Under the pieces are notes generated by a model. That model was not told the origin of the DNA. It saw only the letters and a program-made list of their open reading frames with translations, and did not search any database. The position numbers were made by a program, and so were the translations under genes. From positions 620,001 to 684,000 of the forward strand of contig JAIVFI010000010.1 in NCBI GenBank assembly GCA_025558095.1: 64,000 nt of DNA. The letters are read 5' to 3'. Source of the DNA: Hyaloraphidium curvatum SAG 235-1 (Eukaryota > Fungi > Monoblepharomycota). This document shows positions 44,408 through 57,052 of the stretch, piece after piece (position 1 is the stretch's first letter; each line of letters opens with the position of its first letter).

Positions 44408-46232
44408 ATGCAGTTCGTGAAGGAAGCCGTCGGCCTGGACGTCGAGCCCATCCGGAAGCTCCTCCGCGAGAACCCAACGCCCTTCAAGCCTTCCGAGGTC
44501 TACAATGTCGCCGAGGACCGCAAGCACGTCAACAAGGACATGAGGCGCTCCGTTTTCCGTTCCATGACCGACGCGAAGCTTTTTGACGCGGCGCAGGAGC
44601 TCGTCGCCGCATTTGCCGCGCAGGACAAGCTCCACGACTGGTTTCTCTTCCGGAACGATGTGACCGAGATCCATTACAGGTGAAGCAGATCAGATTATCT
44701 GCATCGTATAAGGGATCTTTTCTGACGCGTCCTCCTTCGTTTCTGCCCGTCTTCAACGCGTGACTCAACAGCCCCGGCGATTTCTTCAGGAGGCACCAGG
44801 ACTACCTGTCCATCACGAGCAACGCGCTGGAAGAGTGCACCATGATCGTCTGCATCACGCCCGACAAGGAGGCCGAGGGACTCGTCGGCGGCGAGACGGT
44901 TCTGCACCTTTCTTCGTCGCTCTCGCACGCCTCCAAGGCGACGACGACGCCGGGAGGCGCGATCTGCTTCCGCAAGGACATCAACCACGAGTGCAAGCCC
45001 ATCACCGCAGGTTCGGATCGTCGATTGTGCTGTACCGCGGTCTGCCGGCCGTCACTGATCACCTTTATGCGCACGACCAGGCGCGAAGCAGATCGTCACC
45101 CTGAACCTGTGGCTGGTGCCTAAGGACCGCAGCCGCGTGCTCCTGATCACGTTCCCGTCAGAGGCCGAGGCGGTGGACGATCCCGACGTGGCGAAAATCG
45201 AGGCCGCGCACAACTCCCGCAGCTGCGCCGTCAGCATCGATGCGATCCTCAAGCAGTTCCCGGACTCGCTGCTCGCCGGCCACGTGCGCTTCGCGGACTC
45301 CAAGGGCGCGGCGGAAAAGATCGTGACGTACGATTCCTCCCCCCCCTTCCCTCTCTCCCCCCCCAGCTCGCCAAGGATCTCGGCCTTCCGTACGTGACCT
45401 TCCGCATCGTGTTTGGCGAAGGTGAGCTTTCGCATGCGAGCGAGAAAAAGTGCATGCTTACAGTTCGTGATTCAGGGAGGATGGAGTACGGAGGGGAGAT
45501 GTACATGGACCCGCCGGCATCCGTCAAGAACCTGCCGCTCTGGGTCAGCTTCGGCGACTGCGACAACATCCTCTTGTTCCGCTGCCTCGGCACCACCGGA
45601 TCGTTGGATCCCATCCCGTTCGACAAGATGAACAACATGCTCACGGCGGTGCCCAAGAAGGTCGCGGAGTTGCTGGAGAAGGGCGAGCTGCTTCGGATCA
45701 AATGGGCGTGGAGGTACATATGGGGGACCAAGAAGGCTGAAGAGCCCGCCGCGGAGGGTCCCAGCGTAGAGGATCGCCATGAGCCTGAGGAAGGGTACCG
45801 CAGCCTCTGGCACGACAGCATGCACGACAGCGCTCGGTGCGACCTCGCTTTCGGCATCGGAAACAGCCGCAGCAGGGGCATCACCGCGCGGATCTTCGAC
45901 ATGGTGACCAGCACGACCATGGGAGGCTTCCCGCTCGAGAAGGTTATCTTCCTGCCCGGCACGTTGGAAGGAACGAAGCCCTCCCCCAGCACGACCATGT
46001 TCTCGATCGATCCCCGCGGCCGCACGACCTTTACGCTCATCAGGCGCGTCGCTCGACGGAAAGGATCGTCGCGATGGATCTCGTCGGCAAGGCCATGGAG
46101 CACCTGCGTTCGGGCAAGCTCAAGCTACAGCTCACGCAGAGCCACCGGAACATCGAAGAAAACTTCTGCAACGAGGCCATCTACGGCAACTTCAAGGTCG
46201 TCCAGCTTACGGGACTGGTGCACTTGGCGTGA
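44408..46232 (+). CDS. 2OG-Fe(II) oxygenase (P4H-like) with a BTB-like segment and an unknown C-terminal domain; possible frameshift at ~46035
   Basis: Y.PGDFFRRHQD, GGET, FRKDINHEC, KQIVTLNLW and ILKQFPDSLLA. Several introns. Confidence 0.75.
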
Positions 46233-46295
46233 ACGGCGGAGGCAAAGTGACCTCACATTGATTGGTCCGGCAATACAACAGCAACTGTTAGCTCG

Positions 46296-47742
46296 CTAGC
46301 TCTTGCCTTCCAAAAGGTCCACGCAGCGGGCGACTGCCGCAGTGATCCTCATCGCCCTCTCGTCCTTGTTCTTCTTCAGCAGGTTAGGCACGTACGCGAC
46401 AGCCACGTCCCTGTCCGGAGCGGCAATCACCACCGAGCCGCCAGCGCCACCCCATCCCACCCAGCGCCAGCCTTCGCCGAGAGCCCAGTCGGGAGTATAC
46501 GCGGTAGGAGGCGATGTCGAAAAGTCGACGGCACGACCACGAACGATCGTGCCCGGAGTGTTCCAGCCGAAACCGCCCCACGTCCTGTTGACGTGCTGCA
46601 TGTTAGCAAAACGGGCATGTTCATGCGCGAAGTGCGACCCACGTGTCGAACGGCGAGCCGAGCATGATGTCCACCTGCTCCCGGTTCCGTTCCTCAACCT
46701 GGATCGCCTTGGCCCACGTGTCCTCGTTCAGAATCCGATATCCGTTCGTGGTCCCCTTGTTGCTCCCGGTAAGGCAGTTCACCATGGTCGCCAAAGCCTT
46801 TGCGTTCCCGACGCAGCTGGCGGACGGCGACTCGCCGCGCAGAAAGGCAGGCGAATGCGACCAGATCTTGCCTGCGGCCGGATCCACATCGGCCAGCTTC
46901 GCAAGCGGTTGGAGGATCCGCACGGCAAGCGGAGCATCCAGTGCTTGCTTTACCATCCAGCCGGCATGTTGTTCCAAATAGTCGGATTCGCATATCGGGT
47001 GGCAAAAGTCAGGCGAATCCCGGACTTGGTCCGGAAGGCCGCAGTAGAACGAAATGCCCAGCTTCGGGCACCATTCCGAAGACAGAAGCTGCCCGAAAGA
47101 CTTGCGTTCCGGATGGGTCCTTCGTAGTAGTTCGTTGAGAAAAAAGCCTCGCGTTATCCCGTGGTACGCTCGAGACGCACGTCAGCGGGCTTCCTCCTAT
47201 CCACGACGCGCGGCTCACCCTTCGTTACTTTGCCGCCAAAGAGGTGGGGAGCTCCCTCCACCCTCTTGGCCAGGGCGTCCAGATCCGCCAGCTCGGCCGG
47301 TTCAGGCGCGAAGTCACCCTCGAGGGTCGGAAGTCCGCCCTGGTGTTCCAGCATGTCGCGGATCGTCACTGTCTCCTTGCCTCTCACAGCAAATTCGGGC
47401 CACAGGGACGCGATCGCGTCGTCGAATCCCAAGCGGCCTTGGGAGATGGCCTGGAGCACGGCGAGGGACTCGGGCACCTTGCCGGAAGAATGGACGATGT
47501 TGACCGTAGAACGCGTGTAAGGACGGCTCTTTTCCGCGTCCTGGAAGCCGCCGGCAATGTCCACGACGAGCTTGTTCTTGTCTGCCGCGTGGTCAGCATC
47601 CTGTGGGAGACACGAGGCGAACGGACCCACAGAAGACGGCGACGGACGCCCCTATATCGCTCCCTGCCGCCAGCGACTCGGAAAGAACATCGCGAACCGC
47701 CTCGAATCCGGGAGCGACGGTGCCTTCGATAGCTGGCGCCAT
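46296..47742 (-). CDS. Beta-lactamase-family serine hydrolase (EstA-like)
   Basis: GTVAPGFEAVRD, SSGK (SxxK), WPEF...KETVTIRDMLEHQGGL, YHGIT and GWGGAGGS. Confidence 0.9.
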
Positions 47743-47894
47743 GCTCGTGTTTGGATTTGTTGAATCCAAACTTCTGGCCGGCGAGTCCAACCAAACACGC
47801 CCCCGGCACCGGAGCTTCGATTTCGCCACCGCTCCAGTTCTCACGTTCAGATCTAAGGCAGCTACATTCATTCTGTCCCATGCTTCAGCTTAGC

Positions 47895-50519
47895 CTACGA
47901 GAGGTGATCCGACACCTTCACTTTGAGGTCTGCAAGGCAAAGATCGCCGGCCGGTCAGCAAAAAATGAGACGCAGCGGACAAAGGAGCACGCACCGGGCA
48001 CATCGTGCACAATGTCGATCGTCTTTTGCACGATCGAGGGGTCCGCGAGGGTCGAAAGGTCGCCCAGCTTGCCGATCGAAGCCTCGTCGGCAACCTCTCC
48101 CGAGGCGATCTTGCGCAGGATGCGGCGCATGACTGGAAGAGCAGCCCATCAGCAGATCCACGGGGGGCGCGCACGCCGCAACCCACTTTTCCCGGAACGC
48201 GTCTTGGGCAGGTCCGGCACGATGTACATCTTCTTGGGCGCCGCGAAGGGCCCCACGACACCCCGCACGTGGGTGATGAGCGACTTCTTCAGGGCCTCCT
48301 TCCGGATGTGGTGCCCGTGTGCGGCGTCGGGCGACGGCGACAGCGGCACCGCGTCCTCCTCCTTGCTGACCACGAACACGGCCAGCGCCTCGCCCGTGAC
48401 CTCGTCGGGGACGGAGCAGCAGGCCGACTCGGAGACGGCGGGGTGCGAGACGAGGGCGGATTCGACCTCGGAGGTGGAGATGCGGTGGCCGGAGACGTTG
48501 ATGACGTCGTCGACGCGGCCGCGGATCCAGTAGAACCCGTCCTTGTCGCGGGTGGCACCGTCACCTGGACGAACCAATCAGCACCGACGCAGCACATCCT
48601 GGTGGCTAAATGACGAACCGGTGAAGTAGTAGCCGGGGTAGACCTTCAAGTAGGTCTCGAGGTAGCGCTTGTGGTCGCCCAAGCAGGTCCTGGCGATGGA
48701 CGGGAAAGCGCCCTTGCCGAGCTTGAGGGCCAGCACGCCGCCGACGTCGTTGCCGGGGATCTCGGCGCCGCTGGCGGCGTCGATCATTGCGGGCTCGATG
48801 CCGAAGAAGGGGTAGGCGCACGCGCCCGGTTTGGTGTGGTGCGCGCCGGGGAGCGTGGTCATGATGACGGAGCCGGTCTCGGTCTGCCAGCTGAAGCGCG
48901 AAACGCCGTCAGATGCCGGACCAGTAATCCACCACGCCTGATACCCACTAGGTGTCCACGATGGCGGCCTTCTCGTCGCCGCAGACCTTGTAGTACCACA
49001 GCCACGCCTCGGGGTTGATGGGCTCGCCGACCGAGCCCATGACGCGAAGCGACGAGCGGTCGTACTTCTTGACGTAGTCGTCGCCGAACTTGCGGAGCAG
49101 CCTGATGGCCGTCGGCGCGGTGTAGAGCTGCGTGATCTTGTGGGTCTCGACCGTCTGCCACAGCCGGCCGGCGTCGGGGTACGTGGGGATCGACTCGAAG
49201 ACCACCGTGGGCGCACCCATGCTCATGGGGCCGTAGAGGATGTACGAGTGGCCCGTGATCCAGCCCACGTCGGCCATGCAGCCGTAGATGTCGCCGGGGT
49301 GGTAGTCAAAGATGTACTTGAAGGTCGTCGACACGCCGAGGAGGTAGCCGCCCGTGGTGTGGAGCAGGCCCTTGGCTGGAAGACCGGGATCAACGACAGG
49401 ATCAGGCAAGGCGTTGCCGGGTAGACCCACGCTTGCCGGTCGAGCCGGAGGTGTAAAGGATGAAGAGCGGGTCCTCGGGGTTCATCGGCTCGGGCGGGCA
49501 GTACGGCCTCATCTTGACCTGTTTGGCGCAAACCAGCGGTGAGACCAGGTGGCAATTTGCCATCCAAAGAACCCACGATCTCCTCGTGCCACCAGACGTC
49601 GCGGTTCGGCAGCATGGTAATGCCGAACTCGCCCGTGCGCCTGAACACGAGCACCTTCTCCACGCTCGGGCACTGGCTCACGGCGCGGTCCACCACGGTC
49701 TTGAGCGGGTGGATCTTGCCGCCGCGCTTGGCCTCGTCGGCCGTGATGACGAGCTTGGCGCCGCAGTCCTGGATGCGGTCGCGCAGGGCGTCGGAGGAGA
49801 AGCCGGCAAAGACGACGCAGTGGACGGCGCCGATCCTGGCGGCCGCGAGCATGGCGTACAGGGCCTCGGGGACCATGGGCACTGGGGCGAGTAGGGATCA
49901 GTCCACTGGGCAGGCGCCTCGGTAGCCAAACCCACTGTAAATAGCGACGTGGTCGCCCTTCTTGATGCCGTAGCTCTTGTACAGGTTGGCCAGCTTGGAA
50001 ACCTCGGCCAGGACCTTGCCGTACGAGATGTGCTCATGCTCCCCGGGCTCGTCGCTCTCCCAGATGATGGCCGTCCTGTCGGGGTCCACCTCGGCGTGGC
50101 GGTCCACGCAGTTGTAGGCCACGTTGAGCTCGCCGCCCGTGAACCAGGTGAAGTCGCCCTCCTTCCAGGTGCCGGAGCGGACCGTCTTGTAGGGCTTGCT
50201 CCACGAGATCAGCTCCTTGGCCATCTTGTCCCAGAACGCTTCGGGGTCCGTGATCGACTCCTTGTACAATTTCTCGTACGCTGCGAGCGAAGGGACGTGC
50301 GGAGTCGGCTTGCCGGGCGCGAACAGGGACGGGGGCGGCGGGAACACGGGCTCCATGTCGGCCTCCTTGGGGGTCGGGTGGGACTCCTTGAGGATGTCTT
50401 TAGGGCGCAGAACGCCGTCAGGAGGCTGATACGGAGCACCAGACCGCGAAAAACACACCAATGTTGACTGTGTCCTTGGTCCTCGCGGTGACCGCGAATC
50501 CCCGGCTGCGATGAATCAT
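47895..50519 (-). CDS. ACS: Acetyl-CoA synthetase
   Basis: [67 protein letters not shown] and GDLSTLADP. Many introns; start uncertain. Confidence 0.95.
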
Positions 50520-51456
50520 AGGGTGTCAAAGTCGTCCCGAAGCTCCAATTCCGGCGGCAGAGGCCCACCGAGAGTGCAGAAGCTGCGCGGGGGCGGGGGC
50601 GGCGGCGGTGCGCCCGCTAGCGGCGGTCCAGGGGGCCGCGGGGGCGGAGTAGGCGCGGGCGAGATTCGGGGCGGCGGGGGCACATCCCGCGCGCGGGGCC
50701 GCGGCGGCGGTGCCGTTTGCCCGCAGCGGCGCGCGGGCGAGGCGGGCGATCGAGGCGGCGGCGGCCGAGGCGTGCTGCTTCGTCTCTGTTGTTTGTGGTT
50801 AGCGCGGGTCGGGGTGGCGTCGCCTCGGGCCGCCGGGCGACAGTCGGAGACGTCGACCGCAGCCGGAGCTAACGCCCTTCCAGTAAAGCCTCCGAATGCC
50901 ATTTAATGGCCTGCGAACGGCCTTTGGAGTGTGCGCCGCCCGGCGGGACCCAGGCACCGTGCAACGCCGCAGCGCCGGAACTCACTCATCGTGCCGGGGG
51001 AGCGCGTGCCGTGGCGAGGGCACGCGATGCTCCTGATGAGGCGTGCGATGCCGGGTTCGCCGCCGCCGAAGGTGGGGTGGACCGTCGTGGACGGGTTCCC
51101 GAAACGAAACGAGCCGTGACCTCACGACGCTCCGACGCTCCGACGCTCCGGATCACGAGCCACGACCCCGACGCCACAACGGAGTCTCCCGTCATCGGCG
51201 AAAACACGGCCAGACATTGGCAATCAATGGATGATTATTATTGCGGACTCTGGAGGCCAGCGTTCCATCGGATTGCTCTCCCGGAGCCTCCCGCTCGTTG
51301 CCACAGTCGATCCCTCGAAGGCGGCCGCCTTCTTGGGCCCAAGCGTCCCGAAGTGTCGCCAACTAATACGAAACCTCATTCAACGAAACTCATCTATCCT
51401 CTAAGACATCTGTCTCGAGAGAATGCCACGTCGTCAGCCCGTGCTCGAGAACCTGT

Positions 51457-54327
51457 CTACCAATCGTCACCCGCGTCCTGGTCGTCGTCCATCACCGAGT
51501 CCCCATCATCGCTGCCATCGGCTTCGAGCTCCTCCCTCAAAGCGCTCGGCTTCTTCACCTTCCCGAGCCGCCGCGGAGCCTCCATTGCCTCCTCCATCCT
51601 CCCCTGCTCCGTCGCCCGCTTGCGGCTGGCCTCCTCCCCGAGCTTGGCGAACATCGCCGACCCCTTCTTGCGCAGCTCCTCCTTCTCCCTCCTCTCATCC
51701 GCGCTCTTGACTTTCTTCCCCTTGCCCTTGTCGTACTCAGCGTCGTAGCTCGACGGCCGCACCCCGATCTTTCCTCCCGCCCCGGCCGACCCCCACCTGT
51801 CGACGGGGCTCGCCCCGTCGGGCGTCCACAGCTCCACCCGCGGCGCCTTGCCGTCCTCCACCAGCTCCCTGAGCACGTCCCCGTCGGGGGTCCCGTACCG
51901 CGACCCGGACGACGCCATGGACGCCGCGCTCCGGCGGCGGTGCTCCGCCTCGCCGCGGATCACGGCGTCCAGCGCCGCGCGCTTGGCGGGCATGGGGGCG
52001 TCCCATGCCACGGCGATGGCGGAGGTGTCGATCGGGGGAGGGCGGGGGAAGACGGCGCCGCCGGTGCGGGGTTCGTCGTCGTCAGAGGAAGAGGATTCGG
52101 AAGCCACCCGGCGCAGGGGCTGGCCGAGCTGAGGCGTCCGCGTAGGTTCGGTGCGCGGCGGCGAAGGGAGCCTCTCAATCTCGGCGGCTGGGGTCGAGGG
52201 CTCCAGCTTGCGCTTCTTGGTCGCCGCGGGAGCAGGTGCAAGATCCGTCACGATCCACCGCGCCTCGACGCCGCCGTTCTTGGGGCTCCGCAACGGGGCG
52301 GCCGGGCCGATCTTCCAATTTGCCTTCTGGGTGGCTTGCAGGCGGTCCCTGTTTGCCTTTGCCGTCGCGGCCGAGGAGCCTGGCTTCGGTGCCTCCTTGC
52401 TCGTCGCCGCGGCCGGCACGCCCTTCGGCTCGGCTTCCTTGCGTTGCGCCGGGCCCTCCTTGCGGCCGGCATCCGCGTTCTCCTTCCGCGCCGACGGCGC
52501 ATCCTTGCCGCCCGCCAGCTTCCCCTCCTCCTTCCGCACGTCGCCGCGCGGCGCCCCGTCCTCGGCCCGCTTCTTGGCCGGCGGCTCCCCCTCCCTGCCC
52601 TCCTCCCGCTTCCGCTTCTTCAGCAGCGCCTTTTCGAGCTCCTTGGCCTCCGCGGCGCCGAGCTTCTCCCCGACGTCGGCGGAGGAAGGTGCCTGCGCCC
52701 ACGCCGGCCGCGGGTCGGGCTTGCGGTCGGCGGGCTCCTTCTTGTCCGGCTGCTTGTCCTTGGACTTGCCCGCCGGCGGCCCGAAAATGTCCGCGATCAC
52801 TGCCGGCCCGTTGCCCGCGGGCTTCGCCTTCTCCGGCTTCGCAGGGCGTTCGGCCTTCTCGGCAGCCGCCTCCCGCCCCGCCTCGGCCCCCACGTCCCTG
52901 CGGACGTACCAAGCGAGGTACGCCCCCTCCTGCCCCTCCCTGTCCACCCGCTCCCACCCAACCTGGCTCCTCCGCTCGTCGTCCATGTGCCACCACACCC
53001 CGTTGGCGGCCTTGACGAACGCGGTGTAGTGCCCGCTCCGCATCGACCCCCCGTGGTGCAGCGTGAGCGCGTACAGGTCGTACGTCCCTGCCTCCGGGGA
53101 CACCGAATAGGGCGCGATGTCCAGCTGCCGGTCGATCCGCACGCGGCGGGCGACCTTGGCCGCGTGGCCCTTGGTGTACCCGAACCGCTTGAGCTGCACC
53201 ACCAGCACCCGCGGCCCGCGCTCGATGCGGACCTCTTTCCGTGCCTCGACGCGGCGCGCGCATTTTTCGCAGGTCCAGTAGGCGTCCTTGCCGCGGAGGA
53301 TCTCGGGGCGGACGAAGCCGGCGAGGCAGCCGGAGACGGAGGAGGAGGAGAGGTCCAGGGGGAGGTCCATGAAGGGGTCGTGGGTGTCGGAGGTGTGGCC
53401 GCAGGTCTGGCAGGTGAGACGGGAGCGTAGGAGGCCGCCGAAGAGGTGCGAGGGGAGGGTGGTGAGGGCGAGCTTCGGCTCGACCCTGGAGGGAAGGTCA
53501 GTTGCTGATCCCGAGGCGGGGAAGCGCCAAACCCACTTCTTGATCCCGAAGCGGGCCATGTACGTCTTCGTGTCGCTGTTCTGCATCGCGTCCACAACCA
53601 TCCGCACGAATTCGTGGGCGTCTTCCTGCCGTCCCATCTTGAACTGCTTGCCGATCATCCGCAGGTTCTCCACGATGTGCCTGGGGCTGAAGGGCCCACC
53701 CGCCCGCGATCCGAAACAGCGCCCCACAAAGTTTTCCAGGTCACAGGTCATGCAGAACCCGGTGCCCCCGCGCCGCGTGGCGCACGACCGCGAGTGGTGG
53801 CCCGAGAGGAGGTACTCTGCCAGCGGCGGGGTGTGCGCCAGGCACTGCAGCGACGAGTTCAGGAAGCACGTGTTGCCCAGGTTGCCGAGGCCGGGCGCGG
53901 CGGGGTGCATGGACCGCCAGTCGCGCGGGATCAGGGCGGGGTCGAGGATCTGCGGGCCGTCCCGGGCCAGCACGGTCTCGCCGCCCGCGGGGGCGGCGGG
54001 GGCGCCCTGTGCCGCCTTGCCGCCCGCGGTGCGTACGGCGTCTGCGTTGATCGGGCGGTACTTCTTCCGCAGGTCCTCGTATGCGCGGTCAGGCGCTGTG
54101 GACTCGACAAAGTTGATGCGGCGGGCGAGCAGCGGGTTCGGTACGCCGACGGGGGCCGCGGCCACCGCATCGCCGGTGTCGCGATTCACAGAGGCCCCCT
54201 TCTTGTCGGTAGCCTTTGCCGCCAGCGTGCTCAGCAGGTGCTTCGATTGCAGCTGCGCGTCGAGCGGGCGCGGCTTCTTCCCGCCGTGCGCGCCCCGCGC
54301 CGCCGCGGCGTCGGTCTCGACGGCCAT
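51457..54327 (-). CDS. Ubiquitin-specific protease, USP36/USP42-like
   Basis: GLGNLGNTCFLNSSLQCL, QEDAHEF, LKRF, HHG...SGHY and C-terminal YDAEYDKGKGKKVK. Confidence 0.93.
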   Translation of the reverse strand: MAVETDAAAARGAHGGKKPRPLDAQLQSKHLLSTLAAKATDKKGASVNRDTGDAVAAAPVGVPNPLLARRINFVESTAPDRAYEDLRKKYRPINADAVRTAGGKAAQGAPAAPAGGETVLARDGPQILDPALIPRDWRSMHPAAPGLGNLGNTCFLNSSLQCLAHTPPLAEYLLSGHHSRSCATRRGGTGFCMTCDLENFVGRCFGSRAGGPFSPRHIVENLRMIGKQFKMGRQEDAHEFVRMVVDAMQNSDTKTYMARFGIKKWVWRFPASGSATDLPSRVEPKLALTTLPSHLFGGLLRSRLTCQTCGHTSDTHDPFMDLPLDLSSSSVSGCLAGFVRPEILRGKDAYWTCEKCARRVEARKEVRIERGPRVLVVQLKRFGYTKGHAAKVARRVRIDRQLDIAPYSVSPEAGTYDLYALTLHHGGSMRSGHYTAFVKAANGVWWHMDDERRSQVGWERVDREGQEGAYLAWYVRRDVGAEAGREAAAEKAERPAKPEKAKPAGNGPAVIADIFGPPAGKSKDKQPDKKEPADRKPDPRPAWAQAPSSADVGEKLGAAEAKELEKALLKKRKREEGREGEPPAKKRAEDGAPRGDVRKEEGKLAGGKDAPSARKENADAGRKEGPAQRKEAEPKGVPAAATSKEAPKPGSSAATAKANRDRLQATQKANWKIGPAAPLRSPKNGGVEARWIVTDLAPAPAATKKRKLEPSTPAAEIERLPSPPRTEPTRTPQLGQPLRRVASESSSSDDDEPRTGGAVFPRPPPIDTSAIAVAWDAPMPAKRAALDAVIRGEAEHRRRSAASMASSGSRYGTPDGDVLRELVEDGKAPRVELWTPDGASPVDRWGSAGAGGKIGVRPSSYDAEYDKGKGKKVKSADERREKEELRKKGSAMFAKLGEEASRKRATEQGRMEEAMEAPRRLGKVKKPSALREELEADGSDDGDSVMDDDQDAGDDW

Positions 54328-54485
54328 TTCGGACCGCGGTGGCCGGCCGGCAGGCTGCCCCGATGGGCGCCGAGTGCGGGAGGCTCTAGAGAAAAGTGGC
54401 TGTTTGCGATGTTTGGGTCGCCGCCCAACGCACCGTGCGGAGCGGTCACCTTCTCGCCTCCATCCCACGCCCGCCACTGAACACG

Positions 54486-54881
54486 ATGCCCGTCCGAATC
54501 CTCGCCAGCGTGAGCCCATCCCGCTTCTTTTTCCGAGTGGACACTCAGCCGCCCCAAGATCAACGTCAAGCCCGGCTCCGAGGCCGCACTCATCGCCGAG
54601 TTTGGCCCCATGTGCAAAGCGTCCCGCGCCGAACCCGGGTGCCGCGAGTACACTCTCACGCAGGATCAGGAAAAGTCCACGGTCTTTTGGGTTGTGGAGA
54701 TGTACGGTGGGTTGCCCGCTAGCGGTCGCCACCCCGGCCCGGGCCGACCCGCCTCCGGGCAGACGACGACGCCGCGATCCAGGCCCACTTCGACAGCGAG
54801 CACTTCAAGGGGCTCGGACCCAAGATCGGGCCGCTGCTGGATGGCGCGCCGACGATCCACAGGGTCAACATCGTGGTCTGA
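54486..54881 (+). CDS. ABM-domain protein (putative quinol monooxygenase)
   Basis: Spliced product KINVKPGSEAAL...SRAEPGCREYTL...FWVVE...AIQAHFDSEHFK. Confidence 0.82.
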
Positions 54882-54944
54882 GCCGTGTGGCGGGGACGGG
54901 GCGAATCTATCTTTGTGTCTCCCCGGCGCGTTTTCCTGCCAATT

Positions 54945-56235
54945 CTACGGCTCCGAGCCGAACGGGGGCCCGCCGGCGCCCGCCATGAGCCCGCCGTCCA
55001 CGACGATGCCGGTGCCGGTGACGAACGACGACTCGGAAGAGGCGAGGAAGAGGGCGACGTTCTGTCGAGCGGCAAACTCAGTCTCGTCGAGGGCACATCG
55101 CGGCAAGGACCCACCGCGACCTCGAGGGGGGACGCCCAGCGCTTCAGAACGTTCGACGAGGCGAATGCTGGGGAGCGTAAGCCCTCGCGTTGCCGCGGAC
55201 AGCCGGCAGATCAAACCTATCCGCGTCGCCTCCCGCTCCTCCTCGGGCAGCTGCTCCAGGCCGTCGAAGATGTTGGTGTCCGTCAGCCCCGGGTGGATGC
55301 TGCCGCCGATGGCCGCTGTCAATCCCGTCCCGTCAGCCGGACGAAGGATGGCGCCCACCAGTTCACCCGGATGTTGTGCTTGCCCAGGCTCAGCGCCGCG
55401 TACCTTGTCGCCCCCAGCACCCCGTGCTTGGTCATCGTGTCTGCCTTCCCGTTAGCCCTTCGCCCGGGCAGCGCGGAAAGCGGGCAACCCACAGTCGAAC
55501 GGCCCGCAGTTGCCCGACAGCCCCGCGACGCTCGACACGCTGACGATGCTCGCGGCTTCCTTCACCCCCTTGTCGCGCTTCTTCATGCTCCGCGCGGCTG
55601 CCTTGATCCCCAGGTAGACGCCGGTGAGGTTCACCGCCACGGTCTTGTTGTAGTCCGCGGTGGGGTGCTCCTCGAGGGGCAGCGAGCCGTCGCCGAGGCC
55701 GATGCCGGCGTTGCTGCGCCGGAACCGCGCGTCAGGTCGCGTGCGAGCAGCACGGCGCCGGGAGACCCACTTGAAGAGGATGTCCAGCGGCCCGAACTCC
55801 CTCTCGGCGCTTCATCCGTCGTCAGCACCTTCGCGCCGACATCCGCCGGCGGCAACCCACGTCGCAACGGCCGCATCCCACTGCTCCTCGCTCGTCACGT
55901 CCAGCTGCACCCAAACTGCTCCCGATCAGCGACTTCCGTCCCTCTTCCGGCGGAACGGACCGTCCCACCGGCCTCCCCTCCGGCGCCCTTGATCTCCTCC
56001 ACCAGGTCCCGGCCCTGCGCTTCCAACGAGGGGATGTCGGTCACCACCACCCTCGCTCCATGTTCCGCAAACAGCTTCGCGGCGGCCTTGACGCGTTCGT
56101 CAGACACGCGGAGCTTCCGCACGAGAGAGTGAGGGGACCCACGCGCCCGATGCCCTTGGGGGACGCGGCGCCGGTGATGAGCGCGACGCGGGGGGAGGAG
56201 GTGGAGTGGTTGTGCAGGCGCGGAGGGTGGGGCAT
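54945..56235 (-). CDS. Short-chain dehydrogenase/reductase
   Basis: VALITGAAS.KGIG, NAGI, VNLTG, SIVSVSS, NIRVN, IHPG and FLASSESSFVTG..IVVDGG. Many short introns. Confidence 0.9.
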
Positions 56236-56395
56236 CGTGGAGCTTCGGAGACAGTACCGGGTCAATGAAACTGTGCCGGGCGGAGGAACGGGAAGGCGGA
56301 GTCCGCGGCGTCTCAAAAGCCGACCGCGACGCGCTGAAGCAGCCGCGTGCACACGCGTTCGACTAAATCAGTTAGCCTCTGAAGCGCGTTGGAAA

Positions 56396-57052
56396 ATGTC
56401 CTCCGTCGAGCTCCACTTCGGCTACCACATCAGCCTGCGCCAACTTGTCGAGAACGCGTTCGTCTTCCGCCGGTGGCGCCCCGCGGTCGAGGAGCTGCGC
56501 CTCGCGCACCGCTCGCGCGTTGCGAACCCGTTCAGCGCGCTGCCCGTCGAACTGCTGCAAATGATCGAAGAGGCGCTCTGGGAAGCGATCCGGGATCCCC
56601 TGGTCGACCCGCACAAGTACGATGACGACCCGGAGTTCGACTGGTGGCGGTTCTCCTTCGAGATCATGAACGAGGACTTTCGGGAAGCGGCCGACCTGGT
56701 CAGGGAGCAGCTCGGAGTCGCTCTCGTGAAACGCGCGGATGCCTGGATCTATGATTTTGAGTTCAGCGACTTCCTGGCCTTCCTCGTCGTCGACCGCCGT
56801 GACCCCGTGCTGGTCAGCACCGGCCGGGATAAGCTGCAATTCGTCGCGGCAAGCCGCCGCATCTCGTTCCGCGACTACAAGGTGAAGAAGAAGCAGATCG
56901 CACTTCTGGACAGGGCCGTCAAGGTGCTGCGCCTCGACGTCTACGAGGAACCAGAGGAGGACGTGCCCTTCTTCAGCTTCGACAAATGTCCATGGACGAT
57001 CGACGAAGATCCGGAACCTGGCTGGATCCTCGTGCTTTCCTGCTCCGACTAG
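56396..57052 (+). CDS. F-box-like motif protein, tandem paralogue 1
   Basis: NPFSALPVELLQMIEEAL. Similar over its full length to the next two genes. Confidence 0.75.
   Translation: MSSVELHFGYHISLRQLVENAFVFRRWRPAVEELRLAHRSRVANPFSALPVELLQMIEEALWEAIRDPLVDPHKYDDDPEFDWWRFSFEIMNEDFREAADLVREQLGVALVKRADAWIYDFEFSDFLAFLVVDRRDPVLVSTGRDKLQFVAASRRISFRDYKVKKKQIALLDRAVKVLRLDVYEEPEEDVPFFSFDKCPWTIDEDPEPGWILVLSCSD

Noticed and set aside
43831-44487. N-terminal 218 aa of the 770 aa ORF 42175..44487
   Set aside because: Similarity to the paralogue starts at MSEDG (43830), and the extension overlaps the divergent oxygenase gene.
50580-50770. G-rich stretch upstream of ACS as a G-quadruplex element
   Set aside because: Not distinguishable from the very GC-rich background by eye.
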